From Octopus vulgaris (taxonomy: Eukaryota): 64,000 bases of DNA. The notes under the pieces were generated by a model. It was not told the origin of the DNA, did not search any database, and worked only from the letters and a program-made list of their open reading frames with translations. A program made the position numbers and the translations under genes. Of the stretch, positions 54,168-64,000 are shown piece after piece. The first letter of the stretch is position 1. Each line of letters begins with the position of its first letter. The stretch is taken from contig OX597832.1 in NCBI GenBank assembly GCA_951406725.2, forward strand, positions 39,432,001-39,496,000. The letters are read 5' to 3'.

Positions 54168-56089
54168 CCACTTGCCCATTACCACGAAGCAAAATAAATT
54201 TAGGACTTGCTTGTGAGTTATGTAAAGTCCTTTCCTTTAGCTACAGTTTTTCATCACAATTGGAGCGTTTAGTATTCATCTTTGCAACGTAGTTAGGTTG
54301 TAGTACAGAATCTTAAAATTCATCAGTTGCAGGCTTTGAAATCATTACCGTTCAATTTGAAGCAGCTTCTGCCGCCTTTCTTTGCTGTTCAGTGCGTTGA
54401 GCCCTAGCAATAAATCTACAGCAACTGTCTGTTTCGTATCTTTGTGATTTTTTTTTATCTGTAGTTTCCTGTGTCCTAACATCTGACCTCGTATCTGCTT
54501 TGAAGAATTTTCCACCGAATTTGTAATCTACGGTGTATACGGTCCGCTTCGCTGCAAGACATCCCTTTGCACTGGTTGACCTTGTTCATTTTTCTGACAA
54601 TAACAGAATATTTTTAATTCCACACCTAAACTAAAACTGAAATAACTTACTTTTCGAAGTGCTTAAATATTAAATATAGGAACAGAAGCGCTGAAATGGA
54701 ATCCTTGGCAACCAAAATGAAGTAATTAAATTGCAGTGCCGTGATGTTTGCAGTGATACAAAGTGGAGTACGGAAAAGTAAGTGATTGACGTGAAGTATT
54801 TGAAAGGATGTATTGGCAAGGATTTACCTAAATACTGTGTGAAATAAACTACACGAAATATATATTATATTAAAGGTATATTATAGAAAATCTTAGAACA
54901 ATAATCCGCACTGGAGGTTGAGAGTTTGGGAAATTGAAGGAGTGAAACGATATGCTAAGAATCTGATATTAAAGGGAAAATAACCGAAACTATAGAGAAG
55001 GTTTCTTTATTTGACGGGAAAGTATGAAGAGTATAATTCTTAAAACAAATTTGCAGATGGCAAGTTCATACATGGGAAAATGAAGAAAGTAAACGATAAT
55101 AAATTGATATTAAATGCAATGTATTGGTAAGGCATAAGCAATTTGGAGGAAACGCTAAATTTTAGATGGTATCTATGAAATTTATTGATTATGTAAAGAG
55201 AGTTTAATAAAATGTTCACTCTAAGAGTGTGTGAAAGTAAAAGATGGAGAAACTATAATAATTGGGAATTATATTGAAGAAGAATTGTGCGGAACGTGAA
55301 AATATTAAAATCTGTAGAAATCGGTGAATGTAAAACTTGAAACTATACAGGGTGGACTCATTATATTACGATTTATTAAGAACGATACATTGTGAACGAC
55401 ATCCAATGAATGTGTAAAATTGAAATGATAACAAAAAGGTTATAAGGTAAAATATTAATAAGCCGAAAGTACAAAAATGGAAAAAAAAATTGTTAAAGTG
55501 AAGCCTCAACGAAATAGCGAAGTAAAATGGTATTGTTAATATGAAAGTTTAAGAAATCTGTTATAGTTTGGAATATGTCTACGTTATTAAGTAATAAAGA
55601 GTAGCGATAGCTAAGTGAGATAAAGGAAATATATATTGGAAAATGTTTAGAATTTACTGCAATTTCGTTTGCAGTGGAAAATAACGATATTTATTCAGTT
55701 CTGTAATTATGTTATATACCGAGGTTATCGACCGAAGTATCGAAAGGAATAGGATATTTTTTCATTTTCTTTCAATCACTTGAAGATTTTTCAATTTTCA
55801 ATGGAATGTTTTCAAATTTTCTACACTGGTGTAGTTTTGCATGCTGATGACGAAAATTGCAAGCATTTTTTCGAAAAGAAGTTAGAAGCAATTAAACTTA
55901 TGTGATTTTTGCCAGTGAAATATGTCCGTTCTCACAAGCGGAAGTTGAAACTGTTCGTTTTCATGGCAGCTCTAAGTGTATCGTTGCTTATCCACGGAGC
56001 CGTGTAGAAGATTTTGAAAATGAAAACATAAAGAGAACCGTAACAATTGAATGAAAGACAAACTTTTGAAACTGAAAACATAAATTAAT

Positions 56090-56490
56090 TGTCTGTCCTT
56101 GTTTGTCCCCTCTATGTTTAGCCCCTTGTGGGCAATAAAGAAATAAGAAGCTTGCTTCCCAAACATATGGTTCCGGGTTCAATCTCAATGCGTGGCACCT
56201 TGAGCAAGTGTCTTTTACTATAGCCTTCAGGCCTACCAAAGCCTTGTGACTGCATTTTATAGACGAAAACAATAAAGAAGCCGATGATATATATGTATGT
56301 GCTGTGCTTGTCCTCCCCACCGCTTGACAACCGGTGTTGTTTTGTTCACGGCCCGCGGTTTGGCAAAAGAGGCCAACTAAATAAGTACCAAGCTTTAAAA
56401 GACAAGTACTGCAGTCGATTCATTCACCTAAAAATTCTCCAAGGCGGTGACCCAGCATGGTCGCAGTCTCATGACTGAAACAAGAAAAAA
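56090..56490 (+). mobile_element. SINE B tail (56090-56145) fused to a SINE family A copy
   Basis: TGTCTGTCCTTGTTTGTCCC...GCAATAAAGAAATA runs directly into AGAAGCTTGCTTCCC...GACTGAAACAAG. Confidence 0.75.
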
Positions 56491-57204
56491 TATAAATAAT
56501 TTTTTTTCAATTTTCATTTATTTACTAACTTTTTTAATCCTACTTTTCCAAACGATGTGCGGCAGTAATTTTTTTTAACTGCCCATGTGAAATACGACAG
56601 TATCATTTTATCTTTATTTGATCTCCGGTGCACAACGAAATCAAGTAGATCGAGAAGCACTCCGCTGATATACAGTGTGGTGAGGAAATTGGTGATGTAT
56701 GTAAACAGACGAAATATCAAAGACACAATTATGTTCAATTACCTTTGTAAAAGACTTCACGCTGAGTGTATTCGAATCACCAAAATTAAAGCATAAAAAC
56801 AAAATAGACTTTAAAATTAACTTACTGAAAAGTGTTGTTATAGTAATTATAGGAAAAAAATAATAACTCGCAATTATAGCGAAAATATTTCTTTTGTGTA
56901 AAGCAGTAAGTAGAGAGCGCAATTAAAGTGGTTGGAAATTTAGATTTAGTGTGATAATGTGATATACAAATAAGAACATCTTAAAGGAAGAAACATTTCA
57001 AGATAAATGGCGGTGCCCCAGCATGGCCACAGCTTGTGAGCTGAAACTAGATAAAAAATTTTTTTTTTAATAAATAAATAAAATCAGACTACATATAAGA
57101 AGTAAATATTTAAATAGCTTATCTCTTTTCCTCGTGTCATCGTATTTCTAGCAGCCTACTAGTAAGATACTTTAGGTACAAGTTCTACTATATTTATATT
57201 TATA

Positions 57205-57545
57205 TAGACGTAACTGTGTGGTATGAAGCTTGCTCACCTAACCACATGGTTCCGTGTTCATTTCCGCTGCGTGTCACCTTGGATAAGTGTCTTCTATTAT
57301 AGCCGGCCAAAACCACGTGACTGGATTTGGTAGACGGAAACTGAAAACTCGCTCATTATATGTGTGTGTATGTTGATCCCCGTAACTTAACGGTTCAGCA
57401 AAAGAGACCGGTACAATATGCACCAAAGAGAAAGGACTGGGTCGATTTATTAATAAAAAAAACAATTACTGACGTCGATTCATTCGACTAAAACTTCTTC
57501 AGTGTCCCAGCATGACCGCAGTCTAATGACTGAAACAAGTAAAAG
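57205..57545 (+). mobile_element. SINE family A, diverged
   Basis: ACCACATGGTTCCG...GGATTTGGTAGACGGAAACTG...GACTGAAACAAGTAAAA. Confidence 0.75.
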
Positions 57546-57580
57546 GTATATGATATATAGCATGATTTGTAACTAGTATA

Positions 57581-58147
57581 TATTGGGTTGTCCGGAAAGT
57601 TCGTGCCGATTTTTAGAGGAAAGAAAAAGGTCAATAAATACTTGCCATTACATTTTTAATCAACCAAATATGAACCATTTTGTTGCACAATACGTCTCCA
57701 TCTTTCCTTTAACTTGAAAATACCCTCTTCCCAGAATTGAGCTGGTTTCATGGCAAAGAATTCATCAAGGTATTTTACGTCATCCAAAGAATTGAAATTT
57801 TTACCATTAAGACTATTCCGCAGAGACCTGAATAAGTGGAAATCCGAAGGAGCAATATCTGGTGAATATGGAGGGTGGGGTAACACATCCCAGCCGAGCT
57901 GCAGCAATTTTTGTCTGGTTCCCAAAGCATCAAGTGCCGAAAATGAACTTTCTTATCTTCCATTTTAAAGGGTTACAGAATTAACACAGGTTATAGGAAC
58001 ATAAACCTTCTTCCACGAAAAAATAGCTTAAAGTGGGCTCTAAATGGAGGTGTAGTCAAATCCTATTTTATGGACTCAACCATGTTCTAAAATAAGTCAA
58101 AAGGTAAGCTACTATAAATTGGCACGAACTTTCCGGACAACCCAATA
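57581..58147 (-). mobile_element. Internally deleted mariner (Tc1/mariner) element with TIRs and TA TSDs
   Basis: TA + TTGGGTTGTCCGGAAAGTTCGTGCCRATTTWTAG inverted termini (34 nt, 2 mismatches). Transposase N-terminus MEDKKVHFRHLML is joined out of frame to the C-terminus LGWDVLPHPPYSPDIAPSDFHLF (mariner YSPDLAP motif). Confidence 0.93.
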
Positions 58148-59050
58148 AAAATATATAGTAACACATCTAGTATATGAGTATAGTATAATTTCTAATATAA
58201 GAAACAATGCATACAACTGTGTTGGAGTGGATTATCCTATTAAATCGACCCCAGTACTTCACTGGTACTTTGATGTTACTCGGAAAGTTGAAAGATAAAG
58301 GTAACCGAAACTTGATCTAAACATGGATAGTTTTCCAAGTTGTTTTCCTAAAAGGATCATTTCTAACCAGAAACGTAAGGGATTGAAAAACAAACGATGG
58401 AATCCGCCTCAGTACTTGAATGGCATTATATATTATCGACCCTGAGAGGATGACAGGCAAAATTGACCTCTGCGTGATTTGAACTCAGAATGTAAAAAGG
58501 CGTATTTAATCAGCTCAAGTCATTTTGTCCTGCCTTTTAATGAGTTTGCCAATATGCAATCCTTTGAAAAGTGGACAGATTTCCCTGCGGAAATTAAAGC
58601 ACGTTGCATGTTGCAAACAGGATGGTTATGATACTACTACTACTACACTAAAGAGATCTAGAAACTGGCTTATCTATCTTGTATGTGATGAATCGAATAA
58701 TTTGTATCTACCATATCAAATATATAAACAATAGTATATATATTATATAACATATAGTATAGCATATATAGGCTGTATGGTTAAGAGAATCGCTTAGCAA
58801 CTACATGACCCGAAAACGCTTACAACATGTACCACTTTTCCATTTATTTATCTATTTATCTTACCCCGTATAACGGTCTCAATAACTGGTCTTTTGTTTA
58901 TAATTTTCAACTGACCAGTTGTATCGAACGCCGGACCTTGGTCTATCTCAATTCGGACAACAGGTGGAAGGGCTTAATCGCCTACTACTAAGTGAAAAAA
59001 TTACATTTAATCAATTAGCACTTTATTATTTTAACAAGTTGTATCTATTT

Positions 59051-59109
59051 ATCACCCGATGAGACACATCTACACCGCCGGATGCCCCTGGCGAAACAAT
59101 TGTCGTGAT
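59051..59109 (+). ncRNA. Type I hammerhead-like motif (same family as 2597-2680, shortened helix II)
   Basis: AUCAC-CCGAUGA-GACACAUCU...GGAUGCCCCUGGC-GAAAC-AAUU-GUC-GUGAU followed by AAUAAA. Helix II is imperfect. Confidence 0.55.
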
Positions 59110-59483
59110 TAATAAAATTCTCTTATATTCCATCTTCCTTTTACATTTACCATATATATACATATATAGCAATACAGAACGGTGCTACAATGATATATCA
59201 ATATATTAAGATATATTAAACATATTATAAGTGGCTCGCTAGCAATTAAAAACCCAAAAGGAATTAATAAATAAAGGGTGCAAAATTGCACCAGCGATTG
59301 CTGAAAATAAGAGTCAAAATTAACTCTAAACGCCATAAAAAACACTAACCTCATTATATTTACATAAATATGAGGTTAGTGTTTTTGTAGTTTTTAGAGT
59401 TAATTTTAACTCTTATTTTTAGCAATCGCTGGTGCTATTTTGCATCCTTTATCTATCTACATATATAGAGAAAGAGAGAGACG

Positions 59484-59531
<48 letters not shown>

Positions 59532-59587
59532 AAGGGCATTGTGACCAGCGATGGGTAGCAATATCTGATAGCCTGTTCGGTCACGTG

Positions 59588-59729
<142 letters not shown>

Positions 59730-59785
59730 CACGTGACCGAACAGGCTATCAGATATTGCTACCCATCGCTGGTCACAATGCCCTT

Positions 59786-59826
<41 letters not shown>

Positions 59827-60203
59827 ATGCGTCTCTCTCTTTCTCTATATATGTAGATAGATAAAGGATGCAAAATAGCACCAGCGATTGCTAAAAATAA
59901 GAGTTAAAATTAACTCTAAAAACTACAAAAACACTAACCTCATATTTATGTAAATATAATGAGGTTAGTGTTTTTTATGGCGTTTAGAGTTAATTTTGAC
60001 TCTTATTTTCAGCAATCGCTGGTGCAATTTTGCACCCTTTATTTATTAATTCCTTTTGGGTTTTTAATTGCTAGCGAGCCACTTATAATATGTTTAATAT
60101 ATCTTAATATATTGATATATCATTGTAGCACCGTTCTGTATTGCTATATATGTATATATATGGTAAATGTAAAAGGAAGATGGAATATAAGAGAATTTTA
60201 TTA

Positions 60204-60262
60204 ATCACGACAATTGTTTCGCCAGGGGCATCCGGCGGTGTAGATGTGTCTCATCGGGTGAT
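60204..60262 (-). ncRNA. Mirror copy of the 59051-59109 hammerhead-like motif
   Basis: Exact reverse complement in the right palindrome arm. Confidence 0.5.
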
Positions 60263-60366
60263 AAATAGATACAACTTGTTAAAATAATAAAGTGCTAATT
60301 GATTAAATGTAATTTTTTCACTTAGTAGTAGGCGATTAAGCCCTTCCACCTGTTGTCCACCTGTTG

Positions 60367-60730
<364 letters not shown>

Positions 60731-61388
60731 AATATGGGATAACCATGGCATGAGCATATTTGAACCAGAGATGTGAATGGTCATAAATTCTAATTTTGAG
60801 CTAAAAACAAAAAAAAAAAGAAGAATCACCAACAGGGACCAGTAATATATCAAGGGTGATTCTACATATATTTGACAACAAATCCAATCTCAAAAACCGA
60901 AATATACAAACAGAAAATGATAGCCATCTTGAGTGTATTCAAAATAGATGGTTCCGTATGATATATACACAAAGAATGGAATGGCGAAAAGTTTCGGTGG
61001 AAACAATATGGAGCAAGTAGGTATTAAATAGAGATTAAACAATGCCATTATCGATTTGACACTGTATTCTTTATCACAGTCGGATATGGTTATTGGATTT
61101 CCAAAGATCGATCGCTTTCGGAAATTGCATTCATATTAAACACCTGCAATCACTCGAAACTGAGTTTCTCGATTGTATGATTGTATGAACATCGAGCTGG
61201 CATGAATCAGAGGCACGTCTGTGCACTGTCTGTCTGTGCATATGCGTCTGTATGTGTGTGAAGGTATATGTGTATATGTGTGTGTGCATATGTAGGTATG
61301 TATGTATTTGTATAGATATATATATATATGCGTCTGTATGTGTGAAGGTATATGTATATATGTATGTTTGTATCTGTATGCATGCATT

Positions 61389-61424
<36 letters not shown>

Positions 61425-61606
61425 CGTGTGTGTGTGTGTGTATACGTTAAATTTATCCATATGTGTATATATATTTATGTTATATTTATACATATATGTT
61501 ATATATATACGCATATATGTATGTGTTTAGGTATACATATTTAACATATAAGTAAATGTATGTATATATAAAAAATTGTATACGTATATGCATATATGTA
61601 TACATA

Positions 61607-61715
<109 letters not shown>

Positions 61716-62164
61716 GTATATATATATATACATACATATATATATATATATACATACATACATATACATATATATAAATGTATGTATGTATGTATGTTTT
61801 ATATATAAGTGCACGTGTGTATGTGTGTATACAAATATATACACTCTTACATATATAAACATCTGTTTAGACACACGCAGTTACACACATACACGCACAC
61901 ACACGTACATACACACACACATACACACACACGTCCACACACGCAACGCGACACTGTATCCATAGCTTGGATGACGGACAGGTGGAGAAAAGGACGGGAG
62001 ACGATAGAAGCTTCGCGATTAGTGATAACGAGTGGAATTAATGAAGAAGATAAAAGGGAAGAGAATACCGCTGATGATTGTGATTATGCTTGTGATCATG
62101 AAGGCGGTGATGAAGATTACACACACGACGATAATGATTATCTTAACATTGTTGATTATTACTA

Positions 62165-62240
<76 letters not shown>

Positions 62241-62728
62241 TATTATTATCATCATCATCATCATCATCATCATCATTGTTATTATTATTTTTATTATTAT
62301 TATTAACATCAACATCCTCGTCATCGTCACGATAATATCGATTATGTTTCAGATTGTCAAACGATATTGTTGCTGCTTCTGCTGCGACTGATATTGTTGT
62401 TGTTGCTACTGCTAATGCTATTAACGACGATGGCGCGGAGAAAGAGGAGAAAGAAGAGGACTATGACAATAATCATCAAAGAGTTAGGCGGTATCTGTTT
62501 ACGTTTTGGTCCTGCCAGTTCCGAGATCGAATCACTGTTAAAATCTTGAGAGCGCAGCTATTTCTTCAAATTTTGCTACATTCAAATTTGTTTTCTATCC
62601 CACCCCACCCCGGTCAGTAAAACAATGTAGCAGCCAGGCACCGACGTCGATATAATCAAATATTTGCTTGCCACACCCGAATTCCACACCATATAGCTAA
62701 TTTAGAAATTATTATTATTATTATTATT

Positions 62729-63281
62729 GAGTGAGAGAGCAGTGCATGTCATCAAAGTGACATTGGGGTAAAATATACGAAGCCCAATATACCCATCATG
62801 ACTACCCGTCTGATAAGGGTACACCAGGCATATGCATCACAACCAAATGTGCGCGACATGGTGATCTCATATCAAGATAAACAGCACATGACCTTGCAGG
62901 TGGGGCCCAGTTAGAATTTTCTTCAGGTTGAGTAGCCCATCCCGCTCAAAAGGTCCTTGAATAAGGGTTGTTTAAGGATATTGAAAGAACCACCCATGTT
63001 TCCATAGGTGAATTATTCAAACCCCAAAGAATCCCTCTCAACACATGGCTATGATGTTCCTCCACTACTTCTGCTCGTGATCAGAGATGCACATATCGTC
63101 AGCCACTAAGGGACATGTTCAACTGGTTAAGGTCAAACAACTGACAAGCAAATCTGTGGTATTATGCAGAATATTTGCTGTAGCCCATCTTTTATACCAA
63201 GACAAAACAATGTACATGATAGCACTTCCAATCAGTTAAGATCAGAAACCACGAGAGCCACTGCCTGGTACTGCATCAGGG
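62729..63281 (-). mobile_element. Non-coding ~550-bp retroelement embedded in (TAA)n
   Basis: Flanked on both sides by ATT/TAA runs. Its terminal 166 bp recur at 63383-63548. Strand is inferred from the truncation pattern. Confidence 0.7.
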
Positions 63282-63316
63282 TATTTATTATTATAATTAT
63301 AATTATTATTATTATT

Positions 63317-63382
<66 letters not shown>

Positions 63383-63548
63383 GAGTGAGAGAGCAGTGCA
63401 TGCCATCAAAGTGACCCTGGGGTACAAATATACGAAGCCCAGTATACCCATCATGACTACCCGTCTGATAAGGCTACACCAGGCACATGCATCACAACCA
63501 TATGTGCGCGACATGGTGATCTCATATCAAGATAAACAGCACATGACA
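63383..63548 (-). mobile_element. Truncated second copy of the (TAA)n-embedded element
   Basis: GAGTGAGAGAGCAGTGCATG...GATAAACAGCACATGAC is nearly identical to 62729-62892 and is flanked by trinucleotide runs. Confidence 0.75.
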
Positions 63549-64000
63549 TTATTATTATTATTGTTATTATGCAATGGGACTGAACCTGGAACCATGTGGT
63601 AGGGTAGGAAGCTTCTTACAACATAACCACACCTGCCCTTAGTTGTTTTTATTGGAACATGTTTCGTTAAAAAAAAGGACCCTTACTTCACTGAGTAAAA
63701 AGGAGGAACAGTAAGTGTGAGTCTTAAGGGGCCCCTTTCTCATAACAAAAATTTCACCGTATTATAAATTTTAATTATGGCGATACCAAAACACATGTAC
63801 ACTGTACATAATGGGCAGAGGGGGGATTCCTCTGACTACGACACTGAATAGGGGCGATTCCTCTTACCTCAACTCAAACACCACCATTTTGACTACCAAC
63901 GGTTGCAGTGACGGAAAAGCAGACGAATATGAGAACTACAACATTAGCACTAACAACATGTCAAACAAAAACGGTGGTGGAGACAATAAGAACAACAGTA

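Larger units (their letters stand above)
52300..54600 (-). mobile_element. Decayed Ty3/gypsy-like pol remnant (RNase H then integrase), interrupted by two SINEs
   Basis: Minus strand gives FYECDDSEFG (53813-53843, cf. TDAS..G), SEKCSTEKEVAA (cf. AE.NYSTTEKE), VYGAPKGVV (~52910-52935, cf. FG.P..I.SD), VREFLREFNV and NEWNKLM. RH-before-IN order fits Ty3/gypsy. Boundaries are approximate and no LTR pair was seen. Confidence 0.5.

Noticed and set aside
55844-55890. CTGATGA...CGAAA (also CTGATGA at 14624 and 52325)
   Set aside because: No helix III or helix I; the latter two lie inside retroelement coding relics.

Overview
AT-rich eukaryotic intergenic or intronic DNA. The repeat families look like Octopus (cephalopod); this is recalled resemblance, not a database match. 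No intact protein-coding gene is supported. Nearly all ORFs in the track are translations of (TA)n, (CA)n, (TACA)n, (GATA)n and (ATT)n microsatellites. The window holds many copies of at least four tRNA-derived SINE families plus a (TAA)n-embedded retroelement. It also holds decayed RTE, CR1/L2 and Tx1-like LINE fragments, an internally deleted mariner with intact TIRs, a Helitron PIF1-helicase remnant, a Ty3/gypsy pol remnant and a possible MULE remnant. The most notable unexplained signal is seven type-I hammerhead-ribozyme-like motifs from about five unrelated sequence families (CYGAYGA...GAAAC-short palindromic helix III-GUH, closed by helix I). Several sit in short cassettes within or next to microsatellites. 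Two lie in the arms of a near-perfect 1.4-kb palindrome centred on (AT)66. Several other (TA)n-embedded foldback cassettes occur. All alignments and folds were done by eye.
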